Origin: Clostridiales bacterium
Lineage (GTDB): Bacteria; Bacillota; Peptococcia; DRI-13; UBA5745
DNA: 64,000 nucleotides
Reading direction: 5' to 3'
Assembly (NCBI GenBank): GCA_038562165.1
Contig: JBCFAO010000017.1
Span: forward strand, 1,658-65,657
Part shown: one piece after another, positions 1 to 9,395 of the stretch
Position numbering within the stretch: position 1 is the first letter of the stretch
How the letters are laid out: each line of letters begins with the position of its first letter
Program-made: the position numbers and the translations under genes
Notes under the pieces: model-generated
What the model saw: only the letters and a program-made list of their open reading frames with translations
Database searches by the model: none
Told to the model about the DNA's origin: nothing

Positions 1-307
1 CTTAAGGGCTATTGAGCAATCACCCCTGCGCGGTAATGTGCGGGAGCTGGAAAATTTGATTGTCCGGGGTATTGCTTTAGCGGAGGGGAGCTTGATTCGA
101 TTTTCGGACCTGCCCAGCCTCAGCCAGGAAATGGCCACCAACCTTTCCCGGGAATTGGCGGGTTGCCGCCTTGCCGATATCGAAAAGCAAACGATCATGG
201 AGACCTTGGCGTTTACCGGCAATAACCGGACAAAGGCTGCCCAACTGCTGGGTATTACCGACCGCACTCTCCGCAATAAATTAGAGCAGTACCGCCTGCA
301 AGGCTAG
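1..307 (+). CDS. sigma-54-dependent transcriptional activator, C-terminal fragment (5' end upstream of window)
   Basis: The frame is open from nt 2. The translation contains RGNVRELENL (end of the AAA+ sigma-54 interaction module) and a C-terminal Fis-type HTH (NRTKAAQLLGITDRTLRNKL). Stop at 305-307. Confidence 0.8.
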   Translation, partial: LRAIEQSPLRGNVRELENLIVRGIALAEGSLIRFSDLPSLSQEMATNLSRELAGCRLADIEKQTIMETLAFTGNNRTKAAQLLGITDRTLRNKLEQYRLQG

Positions 308-336
308 TCATAAGTTCCTATTATCAGTTTTACGGG

Positions 337-386
337 ATACAGAAAATAATTCCGAAGTAATCCGGAAATATTTTCTGTATTTTTTG
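337..386 (+). terminator. rho-independent terminator after the activator gene
   Basis: Perfect 12-bp arms ATACAGAAAATA (337-348) and TATTTTCTGTAT (369-380), with inner TTCCG/CGGAA pairing, followed by a T-run. Confidence 0.6.
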
Positions 387-428
387 TAATTTTGGAACAA
401 ATACCTTATTTTCTTTATTTTTATTTGC

Positions 429-445
429 GGGCATGGAATATGCAT
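429..445 (+). promoter_or_regulatory. candidate sigma-54 (-24/-12) promoter of the downstream operon
   Basis: GGGCAT-N5-ATGCAT, with GG (430-431) and GC (442-443) 12 nt apart. It lies 37 nt upstream of ATG 482 and directly downstream of a sigma-54 activator gene. Confidence 0.5.
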
Positions 446-481
446 TAGAAAGCTTTATCATAACGCAAAGGAGGAGAGGAA

Positions 482-1159
482 ATGAATCATATGCGGCAGG
501 AGGAGCTTTTTGAGCTGCTGCGCCATACTCCCACCGGCAATATCTGTGATTCCATGCGCAGGTTAGGTGTTAGCGGTTATTTCAAGGGGCTTTGCTGCCT
601 GCAAAAAGAATTGGCCGCCAATATGGTAGGGCCCGCCATCACAATTGCCTATATTCCGAAGCAAGCAGGCTATGAGGTAAAGGGGCTGGGAACTTTTGAT
701 TTAGTCCGCAAAACCCCGGCCGGTTCCATTTTGTTATTTGCTTCCCTGGGCTCTCTTTGCTGGGTTACAGGCGGCAATGTGGGACAAATGATGATGACTC
801 AGGGTCTGGGCGGCATGGTGGTGGACGGCTGTATTCGGGACAAAAAGGAATTAGCCGGCCAATTGATGCCCGTCTATTGTTTGGGATCAGGAACTAAGCC
901 CTATGCCGAAGAAATTCAATGTGTGGCCTACAACGTACCCGTAGATGCCTGCGGCGCCAGGGTAAATCCGGGAGACATTCTGGTAGGTGATGAGGACGGC
1001 ATTTGTATTATTCCTCCCTGGGCCTTAGAGGATGTTTGCCGCCAGCTGCCGGATATCGCGGACATTGAAGAAAAGCTGCCTTTAGCCATTGCGGCTCAAG
1101 AAAGTCTCGACACAATTAATACCATTGCGGCCAGAAAGGGGGTGCCGGTAAAAAAATGA
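482..1159 (+). CDS. RraA-like family protein (aldolase / oxaloacetate-decarboxylase-type fold)
   Basis: 225 aa, SD AAAGGAGG upstream. Family-typical core GGNVGQMMMTQGLGGMVVDGCIRD. Confidence 0.7.
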   Translation: MNHMRQEELFELLRHTPTGNICDSMRRLGVSGYFKGLCCLQKELAANMVGPAITIAYIPKQAGYEVKGLGTFDLVRKTPAGSILLFASLGSLCWVTGGNVGQMMMTQGLGGMVVDGCIRDKKELAGQLMPVYCLGSGTKPYAEEIQCVAYNVPVDACGARVNPGDILVGDEDGICIIPPWALEDVCRQLPDIADIEEKLPLAIAAQESLDTINTIAARKGVPVKK

Positions 1160-2196
1160 TTTATCTGTCTGCCGAAGCCCTGACCTCTTTTGGGGAGGCT
1201 TTGCTGCAAGCCTATGGCGCTTCTGCTCCAAACGCCAAAATAATTGCCGCTCATTTGGTGGATAATGATTTAAAAGGCGTTGAAGCCCACGGTGCCATGA
1301 GATTTTATGAATACGTTCAATTTATGATTTCCGGTAAGGTAAAGGGAGCCGCCACACCCGTCATCAGCGTAATGAAGCCCGGCGTTTTTCTGGTGGAGGG
1401 TAATCAAGGCTTTGGGATCACCGCCATGGAAGAAACCGTAAAGGCTATGATCCTTGCTTTACAAGACCAACCTATGGCTTTAGCCGGCGTTAAAGGCGTG
1501 GGCCATACCGGCCGTATTGGCGTTTACGCCGAGAGATTTGCTGAGGCCAATTGTTTTGGGCAAATTTTTGGCGGCGGCGGCCATCGCAAATTTAAAACTG
1601 TTGCACCTTTCGGCGGTAAAAAAGGGGTAATGAGCACCAATCCTTTGGCCTTGGCTCTGCCGGCCCTGGAAGGTATTCCCCTTTCAGCGGATTTTGCCAC
1701 TTCCGCATCAGCCGGCGGCAAAATTCGTTTAGCTCAGCGAAAAGGCAGCCTTCTGCCTCCCGGTCAAATCTTAGATAAGCAGGGCCATCCTTCCCTTAAC
1801 CCCCAAGATTTTTTTGACGGCGGCGTTATGCTGCCCTCGGCAGGTTCCAAAGGCTCCGGCTTAGCCATGATTAATGAGTTGCTCTGTTATGGTTTGCTGG
1901 GCCAGCCTTTGGAATTCAATTGGATTCTTTTAGCCTTCCGTTTGGATGCTCTGTGCCAGCCCTCTGACTATCAAATTCGGGCAGAGGAGTTCGTTTCCTT
2001 GGTAAATGCTACTCCGCCGGCTGAGGGCTATGAAGCCGTCTATTATCCCGGTCAGATGGAAGCCAATCGTAAAGCTGCCAACCGGGAAAAAGGTGTGGGC
2101 GTAAGCAGACAAATTGCCGCGATGCTGGCGGAGGCTGCCTTGGCAAAAGGGATTTCGTCACCTTTTGAATTAGACATAAAAGATAGGAGGAAATAA
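1156..2196 (+). CDS. Ldh_2 family (malate/L-lactate dehydrogenase type 2) oxidoreductase
   Basis: 346 aa with an ATGA start/stop overlap to the previous gene. Motifs HGAMRF, GHTGRIG and STNPLALALP resemble the Ldh_2 family. Confidence 0.7.
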   Translation: MIYLSAEALTSFGEALLQAYGASAPNAKIIAAHLVDNDLKGVEAHGAMRFYEYVQFMISGKVKGAATPVISVMKPGVFLVEGNQGFGITAMEETVKAMILALQDQPMALAGVKGVGHTGRIGVYAERFAEANCFGQIFGGGGHRKFKTVAPFGGKKGVMSTNPLALALPALEGIPLSADFATSASAGGKIRLAQRKGSLLPPGQILDKQGHPSLNPQDFFDGGVMLPSAGSKGSGLAMINELLCYGLLGQPLEFNWILLAFRLDALCQPSDYQIRAEEFVSLVNATPPAEGYEAVYYPGQMEANRKAANREKGVGVSRQIAAMLAEAALAKGISSPFELDIKDRRK

Positions 2197-2197
2197 T

Positions 2198-3280
2198 ATG
2201 TTGAGGACTCATCTGTTAAAAAAGACGGCGTTTTTGGTTCTTATCATCCTGATTTGTTTGGGGCTGCTTGCCGGCTGCGGCGGCTCAAGCCCTAATGCTC
2301 CCGCTCCAACGGGTAATGAAACAGAGCCTGCTGCCGGAGGACCAGAAAATACGATGCCGTCTCCGGAGCAACCCGGTAAGTTGGATGTTCAGGAATTTGT
2401 AGCCGGTCCTGCCAATGGAGGCTGGTCCATGGTGGCTGCTGCTATTGCAGATAAAGCCAATGCTTATTTTGAAGGTTTTCCGATCACTGCTACTACCGGC
2501 GGCGCTGTAGCTAATCCGGTAGTTATGGTATCCGGAGAAGCCCAAGTGGGCCTGACCCAAGGATTGTTTCTCAATAAGCTGCTGGCGGGAGAGGAACCTT
2601 ACGATGCAGCCTCCGACCAGCTCAAGGGAATTGCCTCTCTGGACAGCACCGCCCTGTATTTCATTGTAGACGCCTCCTGCCCCTACGATACGCTAGGCGA
2701 GTTGATTGAGTCCGGTACAAAGATGAAAGTGGGCGTTATGCCTCCTTCTGCCGCATCCTCGATTGCCGCTGTTATGACTTTGGAGGAATATGGTCTAAAA
2801 AGTTTTGAAGAAATTCAGGAGTCCGGATCCTCCGTTTATGTAGCTGAAGGCACGGCTCTTTATGACGCTTATGCCGACCGCCATTTCAACATGATCGTTA
2901 TCAATAAAGCCATCCCGGATGCTGCCACAAAAGAGATGCTGACCGGACGAGATTCAAAGATTCTGGGCCTGGATGAGCAGGTTCTCAATTCCTTAGTGGA
3001 AAAGTACGGCTGGTCCCCTATGACGATTCCTGCCGAAACCTATCCCTTGCAAGCCGAAGAGATAACCAGTATCGGCTTTAAATCAGTATTAACCGTCCGG
3101 GCCGATGTCCCTGAAGAATTGGCTTATGTACTGGCTAAGGTTTGCTATGAAGAAAAGGCTTATCTGGAAACGGTGCAAGCTCAGTATAAAGCTTTCGACC
3201 GCAAGGAAATGTGCAAAGGCACTGTAGTAGATATGCACCCCGGCGCCTTAAAATATTGGCAGGAAATGGGACTGCTATAG
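2198..3280 (+). CDS. TAXI-family TRAP transporter solute-binding lipoprotein
   Basis: Lipoprotein signal (LLAGCGG). TAXI hallmarks FPITATTGGAVANP, IPAETYP and C-terminal HPGALKYWQEMGLL. Confidence 0.85.
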   Translation: MLRTHLLKKTAFLVLIILICLGLLAGCGGSSPNAPAPTGNETEPAAGGPENTMPSPEQPGKLDVQEFVAGPANGGWSMVAAAIADKANAYFEGFPITATTGGAVANPVVMVSGEAQVGLTQGLFLNKLLAGEEPYDAASDQLKGIASLDSTALYFIVDASCPYDTLGELIESGTKMKVGVMPPSAASSIAAVMTLEEYGLKSFEEIQESGSSVYVAEGTALYDAYADRHFNMIVINKAIPDAATKEMLTGRDSKILGLDEQVLNSLVEKYGWSPMTIPAETYPLQAEEITSIGFKSVLTVRADVPEELAYVLAKVCYEEKAYLETVQAQYKAFDRKEMCKGTVVDMHPGALKYWQEMGLL

Positions 3281-3351
3281 TCTAGTGCTAAGCAGATGTA
3301 AACTTTTAGAGGGCACAGAGTGCTAGCTGCTAAATTGGACAGGAGGAAGCT

Positions 3352-5337
3352 ATGGGCGTAGTTAATAGAATAAAAAAGTTTTTTGATAAATATAAAAACC
3401 CTCAAAATATAGAAGAGGAAATCCGCAAGACCAATTCCAAACGGCAGTTAACCGGATTTTACCGCTATTTAGCTTTTGTCCTGGGTGCAGGCTTAACAGC
3501 TATGGTTTTTTATACTTCGTTCAATGGCGTGTTTTTGCCTATGATCCAAATCGGCACAACATTATGTATACTGTTAGCCCTTACCTTTCTGTGGATTCCC
3601 GGCTTTCGGGGATCCCGGCAGGACCAACCTGATCCTTTGGATTTGCTGTTAATTGTACTCTGCTTTATTTGCTTGTTCTGGACCCTCACAAACAACCAAC
3701 GGTTCATTACCCGGATCCCTTACTACAGTGAGGTAATGCTAATGGATAAACTGGTGGGTTTTGCTTTAGTCCTGATGGTTTTGGAAGGGGCCCGCCGCAC
3801 CGTTGGCTTACCGATTTGCATTATTGTTCTGATCTTTATCTTTTATGCCTTTCTGGGCAACTACATGCCTGCTATGCTGCAGCATAGAGGCTTTACAACC
3901 AGTAAGTTTATTGATGTGGTGTATCTGACTACGGAAGGACTTTTTGGCTCTTTAACCTCCTTATGTGCCAGTGTGCTGTTTGTTTTCGTTTCTTTCGGCA
4001 CTTTGCTTTCCGCCACCGGCGCCGACCGGCTTTTTATGGATTTGGCCTTAGCTGTGGCCGGTCGCTCTGCCGGCGGCCCGGCTAAGGTGGCGGTAGTTTC
4101 CAGCGGCGCTATGGGTATGATCTCAGGAAGCTCCGTAGCCAATGTAGTTACCACCGGTACGTTGACAATTCCTATGATGAAGAAAATGGGATTTAAACCT
4201 CATGAAGCAGGGGCGGTAGAAGCGGTAGCTTCTTCCGGGGGACAGATTACGCCGCCGGTAATGGGCACCGTGGCTTTTCTGATCGCCGATAATATCGGCT
4301 ATGCTTATTTTGACATAGTCAAATATTCTTTTTTACCGGCTTTAATGTTTTATTGTACTGTTTGGCTTTTCGTCGATTGTATGGCCAAAAAGAAAAAGAT
4401 GAAAGGCATTCCAAGAGAAGAGCTGCCCTCTAAAAGGCAGGCTTTATGGAAAGCCTTGCCCCTATTGATTCCCATTGCAGTGTTGACCTGGATGCTTTAC
4501 AAACGTTATACCCCGTTTATGAGCGGTTCTGTCTGTACCTTATTGATTCTATTGGTGACTCTGTTTCGGAAAGATACCCGCCTTACGGTTAAAAGATTTT
4601 TTCTGGCCATGGAAAACTGTGCCATCAGCATGACCTCCATTATCAATGTGGTGGCCTGCGCATCAATTATCATTGGATTAATCTCCAAAACAGGCCTGAT
4701 GATAAAGTCTACTTCAATCATTATGTACTTGTCCGGCGGTATGCTGATGCCGATCATTCTAATTATGCTGGTAATGTCCTACATTATCGGCTGCGGTTTA
4801 CCTTCTGCCACCTGCTATATTATATTAGCCACCCTTTGCGCACCGGCATTGGCCAATTTTGGCATTAAGCCCCTGGAAGCCCACTTGGTCATCTTTTGGT
4901 TTTCCCAGGTGGCAGGCTTGACGCCTCCTGTTTGTATCACCGCCTTTGTAGCTGCCGGCGTAGCTGATGCCGACCCAATGCTTACCGGCTTTCAATCATT
5001 GAAGATGGGCTCTTCGTTTTACTTTTTACCCATGTTTTTCTTATTCTCACCGCTGATTTCTGGTACAATACCCCAAATACTGATGACTTTTGTCATTGGA
5101 ACCGCCGCTATCTATATGTTTGTAGCCGGTATAGAAGGCTTTCTCCAGTCTGCCGCTACGCCCCCCTGGATGCGTCTGGGTTGCTTTGCAGCTTCGCTGC
5201 TCTTATTTTTCAGCTGTGTCGATGCCCGCATCAATTATGTTGAGCCCATTAAAACAGTTGCCGGATTGGGGATAGGAGCGGCTTTACTGCTTATACAGTA
5301 TCGCAGGCAAAAACAGAGCATAAGCAATGCATTGTAA
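3352..5337 (+). CDS. TRAP transporter fused (small+large) permease, TAXI-associated type
   Basis: 661 aa and highly hydrophobic with many predicted TM segments. It directly follows the TAXI binding protein. Confidence 0.85.
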   Translation: MGVVNRIKKFFDKYKNPQNIEEEIRKTNSKRQLTGFYRYLAFVLGAGLTAMVFYTSFNGVFLPMIQIGTTLCILLALTFLWIPGFRGSRQDQPDPLDLLLIVLCFICLFWTLTNNQRFITRIPYYSEVMLMDKLVGFALVLMVLEGARRTVGLPICIIVLIFIFYAFLGNYMPAMLQHRGFTTSKFIDVVYLTTEGLFGSLTSLCASVLFVFVSFGTLLSATGADRLFMDLALAVAGRSAGGPAKVAVVSSGAMGMISGSSVANVVTTGTLTIPMMKKMGFKPHEAGAVEAVASSGGQITPPVMGTVAFLIADNIGYAYFDIVKYSFLPALMFYCTVWLFVDCMAKKKKMKGIPREELPSKRQALWKALPLLIPIAVLTWMLYKRYTPFMSGSVCTLLILLVTLFRKDTRLTVKRFFLAMENCAISMTSIINVVACASIIIGLISKTGLMIKSTSIIMYLSGGMLMPIILIMLVMSYIIGCGLPSATCYIILATLCAPALANFGIKPLEAHLVIFWFSQVAGLTPPVCITAFVAAGVADADPMLTGFQSLKMGSSFYFLPMFFLFSPLISGTIPQILMTFVIGTAAIYMFVAGIEGFLQSAATPPWMRLGCFAASLLLFFSCVDARINYVEPIKTVAGLGIGAALLLIQYRRQKQSISNAL

Positions 5338-5365
5338 ATGAATTGATCAGCGAGGAACAAACAGT

Positions 5366-6652
5366 ATGAGTGTAACCAATCTTTTCGGCTTAAGCTTACA
5401 GCAAAAAATTCGACGCCGTTTTCAAGGCTTGGAGTACAGCGAGCGGCTGTTTTTTAACAATGCCGCCGGCGCTTTACGCCTTCGGGATGTTTTGACCTTA
5501 CAGCAACAACTCTGCGGTATTCCTGACTATCCCTCCGGCCAGGGCTCTCAAGCCCGGCTGCTCAGGGATGCCGTAGAATACGGCAAGATTCGCCTGGCGG
5601 AGCTTTTGGATGCTCCGCCGGGTGCAATCATTCAAGATCTTTCTGCCTCCCGGCTTTTATTTTCCTTAATTGAAGCGGGAACCCGTCTATCTTCCGGAAA
5701 TAGGCTGCTGGTTACTGCCTTGGATCATCCCGCTGCCATTGATGGGGTGAAGCGGGCCGCTGCCTTATATGGCAAAGATGCTATTATCGTACCTTTTGAT
5801 CCGGTTCTGCATAGCATAGCTCCGGCAGATATTCTTAATTGCCTGGATCCCAATACCGGTCTTCTGGTGATGACCTATACTTCAAATACTACGGGGGCCG
5901 TATTGCCTATAGCGGAAATTGCCAAACAGGCCCGGCAGATTAATCCGGAGATTGCTATTATCATTGATGGGGTTCAGAAGATTCCTCACGGACCGGTGAA
6001 TCTGTCATCTTTTCCAGCCGATGCCTTGATTATGGCCCCCTATAAAATTTTCAGCGCCCGAGGCAGCGGTCTGGCCTGGTGTTCTCCCAGGCTAAGCAGA
6101 GCCAGCCGGGACTGTCTCCTTGGCCAGGGAGTTCCTTCCTGGGAGTTGGGCAGTCAGGATCCTCTTTCTTTTGCATTGATGGGGCCTGTAGGAGACTATT
6201 TTCTTTGGCTGGGCCGGCAATTTTCTTCAGGAGAGCCGCCGCAAAAGGATAGAGAGATGATCCGGCAAGGCTTACAACGGGTGGAGCTTCATGAAAGACA
6301 GCTTCTCAGGCTTCTGCTGGACGGCCTTGAGGGTTCGGTGGGGCAAGGGGCAATAGCCGGATTACGGAACATCCCCGGAGTTCTTCTTTATTTTGATCAT
6401 CCGGATCTTTCAAAGCGGGATCTGATTGTCAGCTTTTCTCTGCCGGCCTTATCCTGTAATGAGGCATTGAACAGCTTTCTGGGCGCCCAGGTCTTTCTCT
6501 CCCTGCGGCAGCAAGATAGTATTTACTGCGGTGATATATTAAAGGATTACGGTCTGGATTGGCTGCTTCGCGTATCTCCCATGCATTATCATGACGAAGG
6601 GGATATCTGGCGATTTCTGAAGGTGGTTGCCGATATAGCCGGCAGGCAGTAA
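5366..6652 (+). CDS. class V aminotransferase / cysteine-desulfurase-like PLP enzyme
   Basis: 428 aa. Contains TSNTTGAVLPIAEIA and a PLP-lysine region APYKIFSARGSGLAW. Confidence 0.65.
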   Translation: MSVTNLFGLSLQQKIRRRFQGLEYSERLFFNNAAGALRLRDVLTLQQQLCGIPDYPSGQGSQARLLRDAVEYGKIRLAELLDAPPGAIIQDLSASRLLFSLIEAGTRLSSGNRLLVTALDHPAAIDGVKRAAALYGKDAIIVPFDPVLHSIAPADILNCLDPNTGLLVMTYTSNTTGAVLPIAEIAKQARQINPEIAIIIDGVQKIPHGPVNLSSFPADALIMAPYKIFSARGSGLAWCSPRLSRASRDCLLGQGVPSWELGSQDPLSFALMGPVGDYFLWLGRQFSSGEPPQKDREMIRQGLQRVELHERQLLRLLLDGLEGSVGQGAIAGLRNIPGVLLYFDHPDLSKRDLIVSFSLPALSCNEALNSFLGAQVFLSLRQQDSIYCGDILKDYGLDWLLRVSPMHYHDEGDIWRFLKVVADIAGRQ

Positions 6653-6936
6653 ATTTCATTCCATCCATTAGTTTCAAGAGCCAAAAAACGAAAGCGGGCA
6701 GGGCAGTTATTCCCGATTAATCCCGGAGGTGATTCTGTGCCTTTTTTTGGCGACGGCGCTGATTTGTGCAATTTTATCTCAGGAAACTATTGGACCCTGC
6801 AGACACTCTCAGGTCAAGGCCACTTTTCTTTAATAAATTACATTGGCACTTGTAGGGGGATTTGTTTGCAAATTTAAAGAAATTTAAGAAAAATGGATTT
6901 AAGTTGAACTAAAGTTGTAAAGTTGCGATTTTATCA

Positions 6937-6966
6937 TTGACAACCATAGTCGTTTTCGGTTAGAAT
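6937..6966 (+). promoter_or_regulatory. candidate sigma-A promoter for the tRNA pair
   Basis: TTGACA (6937-6942), an 18-nt spacer, then TAGAAT (6961-6966). An AT-rich tract lies upstream, and the tRNA starts about 20 nt downstream. Confidence 0.4.
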
Positions 6967-6985
6967 ATGTTTTGTCAAATGATGC

Positions 6986-7062
6986 GGAGCCGTGGTGTAG
7001 TGGCCTAACATGCCTGCCTGTCACGCAGGAGATCGCGAGTTCGACTCTCGTCGGCTCCGCCA
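6986..7062 (+). tRNA. tRNA-Asp (anticodon GTC), CCA encoded
   Basis: Manual cloverleaf: acceptor GGAGCCG/CGGCTCC, anticodon stem CCTGC/GCAGG with loop CTGTCAC, T-loop TTCGACT, discriminator G followed by CCA. Confidence 0.9.
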
Positions 7063-7081
7063 TTTTCTTTCTTTACCACAA

Positions 7082-7155
7082 GGGCAATTAGCTCAGCTGG
7101 TTAGAGTACATGCCTCACATGCATGGGGTCGGGGGTTCAAGTCCCTCATTGCCCA
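7082..7155 (+). tRNA. tRNA-Val (anticodon CAC), no encoded CCA
   Basis: Manual cloverleaf: acceptor GGGCAAT/ATTGCCC, anticodon stem CATGC/GCATG with loop CTCACAT, T-arm GGGGG-TTCAAGT-CCCTC. Confidence 0.85.
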
Positions 7156-7161
7156 CTAGAG

Positions 7162-7195
7162 AATGACTGGATAAAGAGTAACCAGTCATTTTTAT
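7162..7195 (+). terminator. rho-independent terminator after the tRNA genes
   Basis: AATGACTGG ... CCAGTCATT stem followed by TTTTTATT. Confidence 0.7.
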
Positions 7196-7260
7196 TGCAT
7201 TAAAGGGGACTTGAACGGGCGGACAGTAAAACGGGTTAATCAAATCAATTTAGTCATATT

Positions 7261-7316
7261 AAAAACGGTAGAAAATCCGTACATTTTGAAATGTGCGAAT
7301 CTCTACCGTTTTTTTA
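7261..7316. terminator. bidirectional terminator (ends the minus-strand tct operon)
   Basis: Perfect 12-bp arms AAAAACGGTAGA / TCTACCGTTTTT with an inner ACATTT/AAATGT helix. The A-run and T-run flanks allow termination on both strands. Confidence 0.65.
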
Positions 7317-7346
7317 TAACAGAAACTTTTTCTTAAAACCCGCTGG

Positions 7347-8837
7347 TTAAAAACCGCTGGGCAGCGGCTTAGCCTGTTTTCTTTCCCTATAGATCATGGA
7401 AAGGCTGGTAATCGCGGCGATAGTCAGGAAAATTACGCTGATCGGTTTAGTAAAGAAGATCAGGGGGCTGCCGTTGGAGGTGATCATAGCCTGGCGCAAG
7501 GAGTTTTCCAGCAGAGGCCCCAGAATCATGGCCAGCACCGTAGGAGCAATGGGAAAATCGAAGCGGTCCATAAAGAAGCCCAGCACACCAAAACAAATGG
7601 CTACGAGAACGTCAAAAATGCTGTTGGAAGAAGCAAAGGAGCCGATGACGCCGAAGATCATCAGAAAGCTGATCAGCAGCGGCTTTTTGATCAGAGCAAT
7701 CCGGGAAATCGGCTTTACCACGATCATGCCGATAAAAAGTAAAGCCAGATTAGAGAGAATCATACCGGCAAAAATGGGATAAACCACGTCCAAATGGTTT
7801 TTAAATAGCAGGGGACCGGGCTGAATACCCTGGATCATCATAGCTCCCAGCAGCACGGCGGTTACGGAATCCCCCGGTATGCCCAAGGTCAGCATGGGGA
7901 TCATGGCGCCGCCGGAGACGGCGTTGTTGGCTGATTCCGGGCCGGCGATAGCTTCCAGGGAACCTTTGCCTACCAGTTCCGGATGCCGGGCATTGCGGCG
8001 GACGTCGCCGTAAGCCACATAGGAGGCAATGGTGCCGCCGGCCCCCGGCAGGATGCCGATAAGGACGCCGATAAAACCGCCCCGGATCATGAAGCGGAGG
8101 CTTTCTTTGAATTCCTGGAGATTGGGAACAACCCTATCCACTTTTACTATTTGTTGATTCTCTTCTTTATATTCCAAAACCAGCCGTATTACCTCGGCAA
8201 AAGCAAACATTCCGATGACCGCCGGCAGGAAAGAAAGTCCCCTGGATAAAGAGCCTACGCCGAAATTGAAGCGGCTGAAGGGCAGGATGGGATCATAGCC
8301 CACGGTAGCTAGTAAAAGGCCTAAGAGCGCCGAAAAGACGCCTTTGACAAAAGACTTGCCGCTGACGGCAAACACGGCGGTAAGGCCGAAAAGGGTAACG
8401 GAGAAATATTCGGCAGGCCCGAACATCAAAGCGAATTTAGCCAGCAAAGGCGATAAAAAAATCATGGCGATACAGCTAAAAAGACCGCCTACAACGCCGG
8501 CCACGTTGGATATGCCGATGGCCACGCCGCCCTTGCCTTGCAGGGTCAGAGCATAGCCGTCATCTACCACAGCCGCATTAGCCGGAGCGCCGGGGGCCCG
8601 GATGGTGATGGCGGTAATGCTGCCGCCATACATACCGCCGGCATAGATGCCCAAAAGCAGCAGCATGGAGGAGATAGGGTCCATATTGAAGGTCAACGGG
8701 GACAGTAAGGCGATGGCCAAAGTGGCGGTCAGGCCGGGAATGGCCCCAAATAAAGTACCGATCAACACCCCTAAAAGCGTAAGGGAAAAGTTGATTGGTT
8801 GAAAAATAGTCACAATAGCATTAATAACCAATTCCAT
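7347..8837 (-). CDS. tctA: tripartite tricarboxylate transporter large permease TctA
   Basis: About 496 aa polytopic membrane protein with typical TctA glycine-rich TM segments. Start moved to the ATG (MELVINA) preceded by AGGAG. Confidence 0.85.
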   Translation of the reverse strand: MELVINAIVTIFQPINFSLTLLGVLIGTLFGAIPGLTATLAIALLSPLTFNMDPISSMLLLLGIYAGGMYGGSITAITIRAPGAPANAAVVDDGYALTLQGKGGVAIGISNVAGVVGGLFSCIAMIFLSPLLAKFALMFGPAEYFSVTLFGLTAVFAVSGKSFVKGVFSALLGLLLATVGYDPILPFSRFNFGVGSLSRGLSFLPAVIGMFAFAEVIRLVLEYKEENQQIVKVDRVVPNLQEFKESLRFMIRGGFIGVLIGILPGAGGTIASYVAYGDVRRNARHPELVGKGSLEAIAGPESANNAVSGGAMIPMLTLGIPGDSVTAVLLGAMMIQGIQPGPLLFKNHLDVVYPIFAGMILSNLALLFIGMIVVKPISRIALIKKPLLISFLMIFGVIGSFASSNSIFDVLVAICFGVLGFFMDRFDFPIAPTVLAMILGPLLENSLRQAMITSNGSPLIFFTKPISVIFLTIAAITSLSMIYRERKQAKPLPSGF

Positions 8838-8848
8838 GTTATCCACTC

Positions 8849-9301
8849 CTAAAATAAGATCCCCTTCGGCAACGGAGCTTTCAGCAATATAGTAAAGATA
8901 AAATAAATAATGATGCAGATTATAGCGGCGTTAGCGGTGCTGACCAGCAGGTTTTTGGCGGTGAACTTTTGAAATACATACATGGCTAAAGCTATCCCGG
9001 CCAAAAAGGTGGAAGAAAAATAGCCCAAAATTCTTATGCCAAAGTAATAAACAACCAATATGCCTACGATAGTGGCTAGCCGCAGCCAGAGGTAGCGGGT
9101 CATGGGATTGCCAATTTCTTTTTTCTTCAGGCTTTCATAAATCAAGCCTAAGCAGGTCAAAGCGAAAATTAAAGCAATGGTCCGGGGATAATAAGCCGGA
9201 CCGGCTTTGCTGACGGCAAAGACGGGAAATGAGGCAGAAACCAGCCAAACTACGATGGACAAGAAGAGGCCGCTGATACCGGCGAATAAATCGGCTTTCA
9301 T
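8849..9301 (-). CDS. tctB: tripartite tricarboxylate transporter small membrane protein TctB
   Basis: 150 aa with four hydrophobic segments, located between tctC and tctA. Confidence 0.7.
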   Translation of the reverse strand: MKADLFAGISGLFLSIVVWLVSASFPVFAVSKAGPAYYPRTIALIFALTCLGLIYESLKKKEIGNPMTRYLWLRLATIVGILVVYYFGIRILGYFSSTFLAGIALAMYVFQKFTAKNLLVSTANAAIICIIIYFIFTILLKAPLPKGILF

Positions 9302-9395
9302 AGCAGTATTCCTTTCTGGACAAAGGGCCGGCCGCCGAGAGGGAGGTACGGCGGCCCGTTGGAACGCCGGGGCAGCCGGCCCGCAGACCTTCTAT

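Noticed and set aside
6653-6760. A possible terminator after the class V aminotransferase gene, based on the T-run at 6742-6748.
   Set aside because: I could not draw a convincing GC-rich stem immediately upstream of the T-run, so it is not reported as a feature.
7196-7240. A T-loop-like string (minus strand CGTTCAAGTCCCC) downstream of tRNA-Val. It suggested a tRNA fragment or att-site scar from an integrated element.
   Set aside because: Only about 11 nt resemble the tRNA-Val T-arm, and on the opposite strand. No T-stem or acceptor pairing can be drawn, and no integrase or direct repeat of the tRNA 3' end is present.
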